Below, one piece after another: positions 1 to 11,051 of a DNA stretch of 64,000 nt. The stretch is taken from the NCBI GenBank assembly GCA_964019335.1, contig OZ025740.1:334859-398858 (forward strand), given 5' to 3'. Numbering within the stretch: the first letter of the stretch is position 1; the number at the start of each line of letters is the position of its first letter. The stretch is from Diplonema japonicum (Eukaryota; Protista; Euglenozoa: Diplonemea). The position numbers and the translations under genes were made by a program. Below the pieces are notes generated by a model, which was not told where the DNA came from, ran no database searches, and worked only from the letters and a program-made list of their open reading frames with translations.

Positions 1-1837
1 ACATGCAGACCGTCAGAGAACTTTTCTGACTGTTTCTGCAACTCATATATACTGAAGACGCCAAGCCCTGTGCATGATGCAAGCTGGAGGGTCATTTCTC
101 TGAAGACCTCCAGCTTCTGTACAGGGTTGCAAATTCTCACCCACTTGGCATTCCCCTCAAAGTGCACGAAAGGTAACGTCTCCAGCACCAGCCTTGTGTC
201 CTCACCCAGAAGCCTTTTGTACTTCGCAATCTTCTGCTTGATGACACTGTAGTACTGGTCCGTCCCACAGAAATGTGAACCCGAGTCCCACGCCGTGACA
301 GAGTACAGTGCGAGCTTCGCTGTGTTCTTCATGAAACCCGAGACGTCAACTGAAGGTGCGCCCTTTTTGCTAAGCGTTTTTGTTGAGAAGCGTTCAGCCG
401 ACGATGGGTTCCACACGTGGGTGGTGTACTGCGATGCGTTCTTGTCGCCCATCTCTGCAAACATCTTCGTGAAGCTGTCGGAGAAGAACCTGGACAGCGA
501 GTCCCCCATCGCGAGGAAGGGGGTGCGCTTCACGCACTGCACTGCGCGCTTGTCATCGTACTTCTCAATATCGCAGTTCTTCGGCACCCAATGCCGCCCC
601 TGCACTTCCCCAGGGTATATGTCCTCGAGTCCCTTGCACTTTCTTCGTGGCTTGGCATCGCTAGCATTCACCGCTTCCCCCTGGTCCATTGCATTTGAAG
701 GCTGTCGTTCTGTCGCGTTCCTGTCAGCCTTCGGCACTCGTTCCTCGTTGTGGGTTGCAAACCTGCCGCCGCCTTCTCCCATTTGTGTGGCGTTCCTGAC
801 CTGTGGGTTCTGTTCCTTATTTTTGTCCTCCATCTCGTGTACTGTCTTCTCCTTCATGTCCTCAGTGACTTGCGGTTTTTGTTCTTTGTTCTTGTTCTCG
901 TCTTTGTGCACCGCCTTCTCTTGCACGTCCTCAGCGACTTGCGGTTTTTGTTCCTTCTTGTCCTCCCCCTCGTGCACTGTCTTCTCTTTCATGTCCTCAG
1001 TGACTTGCGGTTTTTGTTCCTTCTTGTCCTCCCCCTCGTGCACTGCCTTCTCCTTCATATCCTCAGTGACTTGTTCTTTGTTCGTATTCTTCACTTCTTG
1101 CATCGTCTTCTCCGCATCCGTAGTGATCTGCGGCTTCTGTGAGTTCGCATGTGGGTTTTCCTGTTCATGCCCCGGTCGGGGTTTGTCTTCGTGTGCCTTG
1201 GGCTTGATATCCATCGGCAGTGTGTTGGGTTGCTTTCCCAGAGGTGGTGCATGTCGTGGCTCGTTTATCTGAGGGTCGGTGATGTCTAGTAATTCAGGTT
1301 TGCGCTCCTGGAACAGCGCCAAAGCTGTTGTGCACGCTTCCTGCAGACTGCCGTTGTACTCCCAGAAGGCCTCGTTGCCCCCTCCGCAGATCGACCGCCG
1401 TATTGCTAGCACAGTGGGCCTGTTCCGGGTCTGCGGTATGAACCCCGCCCCAGCACACCTTGCAGCATGGACCAACACTTCGTTCAACTTTGGGTTTGCA
1501 GCGTTCCCCTTCAGCCCTATTTTCGCCCGCTCAGGTAGGAGGTTCCTGTACCCCTCTATCCGCCCCAGTACGGAGTGAAATAGTTCCTTCCGCTGCCAGC
1601 TGCTGTACTCTCTATCGTGCAACTCGATAGCTGCCCACCGCACTTTGCTTATCACGTCCTCTGTCTCCTTATCCCACATGGAGTCCCGCACGCCTAAGGG
1701 GAGGTACCCTGCACCAACAGGGTTCCCATCTGTGCATATCGTGCTCTGCGGCTTCTTCTTCACCTTGATCTCTGTGGGCACCATCATCGTGATAGCCGAC
1801 ACCATGACAAGCAGGAAAACGATCTGTTTGATGTCCA

Positions 1838-1838
<1 letters not shown>
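1..1838 (-). CDS. Signal-anchored SGNH/GDSL-like protein (TBL/PC-esterase-type putative O-acetyltransferase); 3' end beyond window
   Basis: Absent from the ORF track because it has no stop in the window. ATG at 1838 follows a poly-A tract. Hydrophobic N-terminus MDIKQIVFLLVMVSAITMMV, then a charged repeat stalk, then WVPKNC...FLAMGDSLSR and DGLH at positions 14-3, all in one frame. These are the W-x-P-x-x-C, GDS and DxxH motifs of TBL/PC-esterase proteins. Confidence 0.75.
800..1085 (-). repeat. Coding tandem repeat, ~63-66 bp units (KPQVTEDMKEKTVHEGEDKKEQ), about 4 copies
   Basis: tcctcagtgacttgcggtttttgttc-like units recur at ~860, ~930, ~995 and ~1060. Confidence 0.85.
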
Positions 1839-1869
<31 letters not shown>

Positions 1870-2057
1870 CCGTGGCTGGGGTGAAGTGGTAGGTAAGCTA
1901 ACAAAAAAAAGGGGGGGGGGCATCTTTTACAAAAGAAAAAAAGTAGCTTTTCAAGTCAGTAAAAAAAAAGGGGGGGTAAGGAATCGTATCAACTAGTTAA
2001 AACCAGTTTGTGCAGAAATAACGAGAGAAAATGAAAAAAGAAGAAAAAGGATAACAT

Positions 2058-3434
2058 CTAGTCCTTCTTTTTCTTCTTTTTCTTAGCAAAGTGGGTGTTC
2101 ACGTGTGCATGCATTGCAGACTCCGATGTGCCTACATCGAAGGTGCTTCCGCACATAGGGCAGGCGTGGGACACGAGTTTAGCTTTATCATGTGTAGGGT
2201 TTGCCTTGTCTTGTTTTTCGTGCTGTTCTTCAGGCTGGGGCTCCTTTGCAGCATGGCACACAGAACACGTACTTGCATCTTCCATGTTGATGAGGGTGCA
2301 GTTGGGACACGCCCAGCAGCCAAACACACTGAGAGCCTTGGCAATCACACCTTCTTGCTTACCTTTTGCGGTTTGTTTAAGCGCAGTATGAAATGCCTCA
2401 ATGAGGGCGGGCTTTGGGACGGTGGACAACCGGGGATCCTTGACAGCACCATGAACAGCCTTTATGAAACCCTCCTCAGTAGAGGAGAGCTTGTCAGCAC
2501 AAGCGACCCGCTTTGCAATGATCCCTCCTGCATCAGTTGGGTCGGTGAACAGGCCCATGCGCACCCACATGATGAAGCGGGTCACGTCGGCGACAGAATA
2601 CTTCAGCTTGTTTGTCAACTGGAAGAAGAGGTCTGCCTTGTGCATTGTGTCTAGCTTTCCTGGATCGGTCCCGGTACTGCTGAGCCGTTGCTTGCACTCT
2701 GTGATCATCTTGCTCCTCCCTTCTCTGTTTGTCACATCTATCGCTACCTTCTCTTGTGGTGCCGTGTTGCGTATTTCATACGACTCTGCTGAGAAGCTGC
2801 TCACCTGCCCAGCGCCTCGTGTGACCTTCTGTCTTTTCGGAGCGGGGGGTGATGGAAGGCGTGGTTTTTCTTGCTCTTCTTCTTTTTTGGTTTTCTTGCG
2901 TTTCTTCTCTTTCTTCTCTTTCTTCTCTTTTTTTTCTGTCGACGAAACCGCCTTCTTCTTCGTCACGCACTCTGCACAGTATAGCCCTGCAGGGGGTGGG
3001 TCTTCTTGCAGTGTCGGGGTACTGCAGTAGGTGTGCTGCCGGTTGTTGCAAATGAAGCATTTTAAAAGCAAGGCATCGTTGTCGGCAGCACCGCAGGCAA
3101 AGCACACAACCCAGTCATCGTCGGAGGACGGGTAAGCTCCACCGCCCCCACCTTCAGTCGAGTCGTCCGAGTCAGAAGAGTCCTCGAAGGTTTGTTTCTT
3201 GATGGTTTTAACCTTTCCTACCTGTTCCCCTGTTGCCACCACCACTTTTGCTACTTTGTTGAACTCCGTTCGGCATAATGGGCACTGGCTGCTTCTTTCG
3301 GACCACTGGCATATGCATTCGTGGCAAAATGTATGGCCGCACGCTTTCTTTACTCGACCCCTCACATAGCTCACCACCCCTTGCACTTTGCTCTCTTCTT
3401 GGCACACTGCACATGTTATCTTTCCATCAGACAT
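2058..3434 (-). CDS. RING finger + PHD finger protein with RanBP2-type and UBZ/C2H2-like zinc fingers (putative E3 ligase)
   Basis: CAVC...CGHTFCHECI...CPLC (RING); CFAC...CFIC...HTYC...CAEC (PHD); WACPNCTLIN...CSVC (RanBP2-type); CPMC...HVNTH; Lys-rich NLS-like tracts. Confidence 0.85.
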   Translation of the reverse strand: MSDGKITCAVCQEESKVQGVVSYVRGRVKKACGHTFCHECICQWSERSSQCPLCRTEFNKVAKVVVATGEQVGKVKTIKKQTFEDSSDSDDSTEGGGGGAYPSSDDDWVVCFACGAADNDALLLKCFICNNRQHTYCSTPTLQEDPPPAGLYCAECVTKKKAVSSTEKKEKKEKKEKKRKKTKKEEEQEKPRLPSPPAPKRQKVTRGAGQVSSFSAESYEIRNTAPQEKVAIDVTNREGRSKMITECKQRLSSTGTDPGKLDTMHKADLFFQLTNKLKYSVADVTRFIMWVRMGLFTDPTDAGGIIAKRVACADKLSSTEEGFIKAVHGAVKDPRLSTVPKPALIEAFHTALKQTAKGKQEGVIAKALSVFGCWACPNCTLINMEDASTCSVCHAAKEPQPEEQHEKQDKANPTHDKAKLVSHACPMCGSTFDVGTSESAMHAHVNTHFAKKKKKKKD

Positions 3435-3880
3435 TCTTCTGGACGCGAATGTGTACAGGGAGTGGGGGGGGGGGGGGGGGGGCTACTTATACTTAGAATT
3501 TCGAGGGGGGGGAGAGAAAGAAAATAAAGAAAAGGAAGGGTATGTGTGTAAATACTTTAAAATAACGAGAAAGCCCACTACCCTCCCCCAAGCGGAGATT
3601 TAAGGGGATCTTTAGCTGAACGATTGCCGGTATTTTGTCATGAACTCGAGTTTCCTTAAAGCGTGAATTAAAGAGCCCACAAGTGTGTGAAGTAATTTCA
3701 GAAGAGTGTAATAAAACCAATAATTGTTAGGAGACCCAGGGGGAAGGGGTTATTTGGGATTGTAAGAACTTTTCTTTTGATGAAGTATTTATTAAAAGAT
3801 AACTTAAAAAATAGTTTAAAAAAAAAAAAAGAAAATACAGAAAGAAAAACATGTTGCCATGCGATCCTATTTTATTACTT

Positions 3881-3926
<46 letters not shown>

Positions 3927-3998
3927 AGAAAGGAAAGAAAAAGAAAAAGAAAATAGAAAACACAATGCAAGGCAGAAGGGGTGATGTGACTAAAAACA

Positions 3999-5297
3999 TC
4001 ACAATGTGCATCTTGAGTTCTTCTTCTGGTTCTGGACGGCTACGAAGGCGACAACACCCGCAACTAGCATACCGAAAACAGGTAGATACCCAAGTGTAGG
4101 ATGCTGGAACGCATGTGCGGTGAAGCGAGGAACAGCGCCCTGTGTCTCCTTGCTCGGACCACCAGCACCACTCCCAACAAGCACTGTGTTGCGATCGACC
4201 AGCTCCAACGAGGCAGTGTAGTTCCACAACAACACACTGCCAGAGTCCTTGAACTCCAGCAAGGTGGACGGCCTCGTCGCCACTGTGACCACCTTGACAG
4301 AAGTGACATAGTCTTTCAAATCGGCAGCCGCACAGTCCTTGAACCCAAGCCTCTTGTCGTGGTTCCCCACCACCAGAACCTTGTTGTCGCTCCCACAGGT
4401 GTATGTGTAGTACTGTGCCGAATCAGGGTGGTCACGAAGGAACACGGTGTTGAAGGTGGTTGCCATGCATTCCGGCTTGAGATGTCTCTGCGCGAAGTTC
4501 AAACTTTTGTGTTGGTCCCACCAACAGCTTTTCAACGGGAGCGCGGTGGGCGGTCCTGTGTACGAAATATGGTTGACATGCCCAAGAGAGATCGCGTCCC
4601 GTAAGATGACAGCAGCATGCAAGGCATCCAGCCCCTTGATGTCGGCAGGTGTGGGCAACCTTCCCACGGTGAGTTCCTCTGGTACATACACAACGTTGAA
4701 GCCGATGGTGGCGAAGACTCTGTAACCGGATTTCTTGAGGTGCTTTTCGATGTTGTCCTTGTTGGACAGCACTTCGATGATCAGTGCTTTTGGGCGGCAT
4801 GTTCTCAAATCGACAGAATTCAAGACAGTCAACTCATGCCTCTCGACATCGATAGATAGTAGGTCAATGGTGTTGTTGAGGATACGCTTGCAGATATCGC
4901 CAAGGCTCACAGTCAGGACCTGCTCGGTTTCCTTATCATGCTTATTGGACGGTTCTAATGAGGCGAGCTGGCCTGAGCTCCAGAGCTTCATTCGTTTCAG
5001 GGTTTCTGAGCTGACGGCATTTCGTAGATGTATGTCACCCTCACGGTCTGCGATATGGGTTCTGATGTGCACCAGGCTTGGGTCCACCACCACGCCATTC
5101 CACCCTAGTGTATGGAACAGCTTTGAGTTGCTGTGCAGGAAGGCGTGGTTTGCACCGACGTCGATATATCTCCCACGGACCACTCCAAGCCTTTCGAAAA
5201 TCCACCGTCTCACAAGGATATCTTCGTGGTCTGCTGAGAACGAAATATCCACGTGTCCCACTAGTGTGCATGCAATCACAGTCATGAATAGTAGCAT
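3999..5297 (-). CDS. FkbM-family SAM-dependent methyltransferase with N-terminal signal/anchor and C-terminal TM
   Basis: YIDVGANH...GWNGVVVDP and IDLLSIDVERHELTVL motifs; hydrophobic segments at both ends. Confidence 0.8.
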   Translation of the reverse strand: MLLFMTVIACTLVGHVDISFSADHEDILVRRWIFERLGVVRGRYIDVGANHAFLHSNSKLFHTLGWNGVVVDPSLVHIRTHIADREGDIHLRNAVSSETLKRMKLWSSGQLASLEPSNKHDKETEQVLTVSLGDICKRILNNTIDLLSIDVERHELTVLNSVDLRTCRPKALIIEVLSNKDNIEKHLKKSGYRVFATIGFNVVYVPEELTVGRLPTPADIKGLDALHAAVILRDAISLGHVNHISYTGPPTALPLKSCWWDQHKSLNFAQRHLKPECMATTFNTVFLRDHPDSAQYYTYTCGSDNKVLVVGNHDKRLGFKDCAAADLKDYVTSVKVVTVATRPSTLLEFKDSGSVLLWNYTASLELVDRNTVLVGSGAGGPSKETQGAVPRFTAHAFQHPTLGYLPVFGMLVAGVVAFVAVQNQKKNSRCTL

Positions 5298-5317
5298 TTC
5301 TTTTTCTTTCCTTTTTT

Positions 5318-5352
<35 letters not shown>

Positions 5353-5429
5353 TATCTGGGGGTTTTTTTTCTGGCTCTTTCAATATTAAAAAAAAAAAAA
5401 AGAAGAAGAAGAAGCTTGATGATTTAAAG

Positions 5430-5870
5430 GAAGCCGGTGGGGGCACCCTGCACAAGCACCATATACTTGAAGAAGCAAAATAACCGTATATACCCAGAAA
5501 CGACATGTTTTGTTTCACTTATCAAAGGTGGCAACGACCTCAGAAGCAGTGGTTGCATTTATCGAACCCTCTTCCTGTGATTCCTGCAACACCGCAAACT
5601 TCACATGCCACCATGGCCATACCTGCTGTGTCCCCTTGCACACGATCTGTTGCCACTGCAAAGGGGTGGCAATTCGGATGGTGAACTCAAGCTCTCTATA
5701 AAACTCGGGACTGACACCTACAATATACTCCTTCAGAGTTTAAATGGACTTCATTGTTTCATAAAATGAAGTCCAGCGGGTCTTTGTGTATCTTCTGATT
5801 TGTCGTTTTTGTCAGGGTGTATCCCATGTGATACCTGGACAGTGTGGAGTACCACTCGTCCGGTTTTTGG
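5430..5870 (-). pseudogene. hAT-like transposase remnant (second copy)
   Basis: Minus strand reads RQIRRYTKTRWTSFYETMKSI*...FAVATDRVQGDTAGMAMVA, homologous to 8357-8884; interrupted by stops. Confidence 0.7.
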
Positions 5871-5889
5871 TGTCCACTTTTTTATAACA

Positions 5890-7018
5890 CTCTATATTCG
5901 CTAAGTGACCCACCAGAACCCGCATTTTGAAGAGCTAAAAAAATTTCTAATTGCTTTTTCTAGGGCTGGAATGGATTTATTTGCGTCCAGGGCCCAATGT
6001 TCGACATATGGAATTCTTTTTTGTAATAAATTTTTTTTTGGTGATTTGCCTTACTTTGTACTTTACAAAATGAAGCAGCTCCAGTGGAAAAAACACAGCA
6101 CAAGTGGGGTTCTTGAAATGATTTTAAGTCAGAATAGAGAAGTGAAAAAATAGATAAAAAGGGGTGGGAAAGAATAAATACTGCATACGAAAACAGAGAG
6201 TCGAATAAAAAAGGAAAAAGGTGACTGACATCCTCAAGAGGAGCCTCTCACATACCAGGAATTAAGCAGAGGTTGCTTCCATGGCCTGTATCAGTCTATC
6301 GCTGGAAAGAATAATGAAAATAACGAATGAAGCGAAAAAGGAAAAGAGAAAAGACGGCCTGGTCACCAGGAAGTGCTGGTTCAGATGCGTCGGCGGATGC
6401 AGCTTAACGTCATACCCAGGACTGAAAACATGTAGGAAAAGGAAAAAGCAGAAAGGGTAATAACAAGCTTAAAATTGGAAAGAAAATGGAAAGGGTGGAA
6501 ACTAAATAATAGGGTGCAAGGTCTGTGAAACCTTGCATAGCCTATCACCCTCATAGCATGCCAGGCTGGCACTCCTACATTGTAGGGTTGTTTCCAATAG
6601 TTCCTAGTTGTAGGAATGCAGGACAGTCGACCACTGTGATTCGTTGTAATAGAGGGTCCTGGCCCCTACAAAGCCAGCAGCAGGGCTGCCATGGTCGAGT
6701 AGGACTTGTCCCCAAACCCTTGGGTTTGCAGCAGAAAGCCCTGTTCCTGGTGGGATGCATAGTGCCACGTTGAGCTGTGACAGACCAGCAGGCACGGGAT
6801 CACAACTTATGTGTCAAGGGGGACCGTGACCAGGGGCCTCACCCAAGAAGTGAGTGCACACCCTGGACATGCAATTGGGGTCAAAAATGCAGCACAAGTG
6901 GGGTTTGAACCCTGATGAAAAAACCACTGTGTCAGGATTCAAACCCACGACTCCTGGAACAAGGGGGCCTGACAGGTGAGAATGGTAACCACTCTACCAC
7001 ACAGGAATTCAAAACTCT
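5890..7018 (-). mobile_element. tRNA-Asp-derived SINE-like element, copy interrupted by an insertion at 6112-6889
   Basis: 5890-6111 plus 6890-7018 together reconstruct the element at 15497-15823. Confidence 0.75.
6112..6889 (-). mobile_element. Probable 5'-truncated non-LTR retroelement fragment with 16-bp target-site duplication
   Basis: Direct repeat cagcacaagtggggtt at 6096-6111 and 6890-6905, single in the uninterrupted SINE copy. Minus-strand CCWLCRGQDPLLQRITVVDCPAF resembles a degenerate LINE C-terminal zinc knuckle. 6114-6225 recurs inverted at 13590-13705. Confidence 0.6.
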
Positions 7019-7034
7019 TTAACTAAACTAACTA

Positions 7035-7592
7035 AAACACCTGAAAAGTGGTTTTTTACCTCAGAAAAATTGATTTTTTTCCATAAGGGTACCTATATCA
7101 GGCCTAGTAATGGTCTATCTGTTGGTTTTCTCTCCTTTATGACTTACCCTTCTCATTCTTTGTATTTACCCCCCTTTTTTTTACTGTACTTTATTGGGTG
7201 CATGGGGTGCTGGAAAAAAAAAAAAAAAATAGTGTCCAAAAAATTGTTTTTCCTCCCAAAAAAAGTGGCCAAAAACACCCTTAAATTGATTTTTTCTCAA
7301 AAAAAAAATTTTTTCCCTCAAAAATACCTATTCTAGACCTCAATGAGGCTAATAGTGAAAGTGAGATGGTCATGGGTCAAAAAAAAAGGGCCCAAAGAAT
7401 TTTTTTCCTCACAAAAAAAATTGTCAAAAACACCTGGAAAGTGATATTTTACCTCAGAAAAAAAGATTTTTTTCACAAAGGGCACCTGTACTTAGCCTAG
7501 TAATGGTCCATCTGTCATTTTTCTTTCCTTTATAACTTACCTTTCTCATTCTTTGTATTTCCCCCCCCCCTGTTTTTACTGTACTTTATTGG
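7035..7592. repeat. Imperfect direct repeat of ~160 bp (7035-7197 vs 7427-7592)
   Basis: aaaacacctg..tacctcagaaaaa..gcctagtaatggtc..ttctcattctttgtattt..ctgtactttattgg in both copies. Confidence 0.8.
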
Positions 7593-7672
7593 CAAGTTGT
7601 TTTAAAAAATAACCTAACCCAACAAGACACCCCAATAGAACCAGCAAATCTGTCAGAAAAGACTACCTGATA

Positions 7673-7828
7673 CAGTGATGGGTGAATCTGGTCTGGTCCG
7701 GTGTACCCATTTTACCAGACTGACCAGACTGACCGGATCAGCCAGACTGACCGGACTGACCAGACTCAAAAATTTTCTGCAATTTTTGACACACCTGCAA
7801 ACACTTTTTTTTCAAATATTTTTGGACA

Positions 7829-7859
<31 letters not shown>

Positions 7860-8376
7860 GCCTTTTTTTTTTTTTTTTTTTTTTTTTTCTTTTTCTTCTT
7901 CTTCTTGCATTCTGCATCGTGTCCTTAATCACTGTGGCCAAGTTGTAGCTTCTTCTGTACTCCATGTCATATCCTTAATGTGTGTGGGGTTCAGCTCAAC
8001 CCTAGCTGTGGCACCTTGGGTAACCAAGATTCTGCACTATTTGGCTAGGCCTTGTTCCCAGTTTCTGTGGGTAACTCTTCTGTGGGTAAGGGTACTTAGT
8101 CAGCTTACCCAAGCACCCCAAAAGACTTCAAAATACTGAAGCAGCAGAAAAAAAGGAGCCAGTGGCCATGCCAGGTATGGGAAGGCCTGATTAGAGATGG
8201 TGACAGTGGCAATGCCAGCAACAGTGGCAGCTCTTACTCAACAAAAGGAGGGAAAACAACTTGTATTGTAACCTATCTTGTATGGCCCAGTTCAGTCCAG
8301 TCCAGTCCGGTCTGGTCTGGTCTGGTCCAGTCTGGTCCAGTCCGGTCTAGTCCTAATTAGGATTCACCCATCACTG
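7673..8376. mobile_element. Non-autonomous hAT-like element (MITE), 16-bp TIR, 7-bp TSD
   Basis: TIR cagtgatgggtgaatc / gattcacccatcactg; flanks cctgata (7666-7672) and cctgata (8377-8383); subterminal ccagactga and ggtct repeats. Confidence 0.85.
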
Positions 8377-9250
8377 CCTGATAGACAGGCAGTAATAGTG
8401 GGGTCAAAACTTTCCATTGGCTGTTCAGAATTCCATTTTTGGGACAAAATTGGGTGTTCAAAACCCCTGACCCCTCCACCTGGGGTTCAAGGAATTTCTT
8501 CAGGCTCTTTCCAACAATGAAAATTTCATATGCCACCATAGCCATGCCAGATGTGTCCCCTTGCACACGATCTGTTGCAACTGTGAAGGGTGTGGAAATC
8601 TGTATCGCGAATTCCAGCTCTGCCCCAAACCCTGCCTCTATGCCTGGAAAGAATTCTAGGAGATCAAGGATGGACTTCATCATTTCAAAAAACGAATTCC
8701 ATCTGGTCTTTGTGTACCTCTTGATCTGTCTCGTCTTTTCACAGCATACTCCATGTGAGACCTGTACGGTGTGGAGTGCCAACTGCCCAGCTTTCGAGGT
8801 CCATCTCTTGATCAGCGTTTTCACTTTGGCTCTAATGTTAGCCAGTCGCTCAATCTTGAAGATGAATGAATACATGTACAACATGGCTCCAAAGTTCCAG
8901 TATCATTTCACAGATGTGGGACGAAATGACAGCAGCAGTGGCACTCACTTTTGTAAGGTCTATCATCTTGCAAAAGTAGCTGTTCTTCCCATCTGACATA
9001 CTAATGCCAAGGATGCTTCGACGGTTTATTGTGGCTCCATCAACAAGGAGGTACACATTCTGCCCTTGGAGCCTGTTTAGGACAGCAGCGTATGTCTCCT
9101 GTCCAAGTTCAACAACACGGCTTTGCATGTGTTTCCTGTTGATTCCTTTCAATTTGCCTGCATTGAAAAAGCTGTGAAAGAACTTTCGATCACACAAAAC
9201 AAACGGCAGGCAATACAGGCAAAGGAAAATGGACACACGATCCACCATAC

Positions 9251-10643
9251 CAGTGTTGGTCAGTCCTGTCCCATCCCCTAAAACGGAATATGGGCCTGGA
9301 TGGGACCATGGGACTCCACGGGACAGGACTCACGGGACTTTCCCCAACACTGTCATTATTTTTGATAGTTTTGCAACTTTTTTTTTTTTTTTTCTTTTTT
9401 TCCCTTTGGGAAAAAAAAAAAAAAAAAAAATGGGGAAAAAAAAAAAAGAGAAAAAAATCCTTGATTTTTTTTGACATACATGATGTGTTTACCTTTTTTT
9501 TTTTCCCTTCTTTTTTTCTTGTCTTCTCACATTTTTTCACACACCTAAGCCAAGCTGTTGTTTCTGCTTTCCACATCAAATGTTGTATTTGGATGTAATA
9601 GAAAAGGGTGGAAATAATAAATAATATGTACAAGAGGAGGATGTGTATGTTTATACAACCTGTGTAAACAGATCAGTTCCTTGCTTTCAGCACCGTGCCC
9701 CTAATGCGTGCGATGTACAGCTCAACCCCTGTATCACACTGCCTGTTTGTTGCACATATTTTCATGTTGTCCCCCCCCCCCCCCCCCCCACCTGAAAATA
9801 ATATATAGGAGATAAATATATGAGTTAAAGGAGGCTGGGGTTGGCAGCACCCTGCACAAGAACTGTCTACTTGATTACAGGGGGGCACACCACAGCCGAG
9901 TTGTAGCTTCTTCTGCATTCTGCATCGTTTCCTTAATCACCATGGCCAGGATGTTGCTTCTTCTGCATTCCACATCGTGCCCTTAATCACTACAGCCAGG
10001 TTGTAACTTCTTGCATTCCGTGTCATTTCCTTAACCACCACGGCTGGGTTGTAGCTTCTTCTGCATTCTGCATTGTGTCCTTAATCACCATGGCCGAGTT
10101 GTAGCTTTTTGTGTTCCATGTCATTTCCTTAATCACAATGGCCAGACGGCCGGGTTGTAGCTTCTTCTGTGTTCTGTGTCGTGTCCTTAATGTGTGTGGT
10201 GTTCAGCTCAACCCCAGCCAGGGCACCCCAGGTAACCAAGATTCTGCGCTTGTGTTGTTTGCTCAGTGATGACAGATGAGGAGGTCAACAGCAAACAACA
10301 CATCTGATGTTTTTCTTATATTTTCATGTTATCCCCACCACCTGAAAAAGAAGATAGAAGATTTTTTTTTTTTTTTTTTTTACTAACAGTCAGCACCCCC
10401 ATGCACACTGAAATTTTATTGTTTTTTTTTTTTTCTTTTTTTTTTTTTTTTCTATATTGTTCACCAGGAGGTGCACATGTGACACCTGCTTTTCCCTGTG
10501 CAGCATAGTGGTACATGTTATAAAACACGTGCTGTGTTGTGCACCCTGTGTTGCATACATCATGTGTGTCGAAAATTTGCAGTGTTGGGGTGGTTTGTGG
10601 GCCAGACCTCAGACCACCAGTCTGGCCAACATTGCCCATCCAA

Positions 10644-10686
<43 letters not shown>

Positions 10687-11051
10687 ATTGTACTTTTCTT
10701 GCAAAGGCCTCTTTTTAATATTTTTTTCAAAGCAGGTCTCCAAACCCCCTGACATTTTTTTAATTTTTTTTTTTTTTTTTTTTTTTTTTACATAGTCACA
10801 ACAAGGTAGTATGAGCCTTGCCTCACATCCCACCCAAACCTAGGACCTCTTTTTTTGAACCTTTGAAACCAAAAGTACCAAAAAAATGCAAGCCCCAGCC
10901 TAAATTTGGGCCTTTGTGACACAAAAAACACAAAGAAATTTTTTGGTCCCAAGAGTCCCCTGAGTCCCCTCCAGACCCCTGAAAATTTCAGGGGACTCCT
11001 GTCCTGTCCCTTGGAGTCCCCTGAGTCCCTCAAGGGTCTGGACCAACACTG
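9251..11051. mobile_element. Non-autonomous hAT-like element, TIR cagtgttggtc, 7-bp TSD accatac
   Basis: cagtgttggtc at 9251 and gaccaacactg ending at 11051; accatac at 9244-9250 and 11052-11058. Removing it with one TSD puts the two flanking transposase ORFs in frame (RCVV*EM*ALSMVDRV). Confidence 0.85.
9865..10342 (-). repeat. Degenerate copy of the HDV-ribozyme-headed element with a ~50-bp segment amplified about 6 times
   Basis: Reverse complement matches 59575-59815 and 63465-63729; tandem ttgtagcttcttctgcattctgcatcgtgtccttaatcac units at 9900-10190. Confidence 0.8.

Noticed and set aside
295-1272. 325-aa plus-strand ORF
   Set aside because: Antisense shadow of the minus-strand SGNH/TBL-like gene; Cys/Phe/Ser-rich with no motifs.
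7630-7636. ccccaat as the partner TSD for the TIR at 13212
   Set aside because: No TIR is adjacent to it, so it is probably chance.
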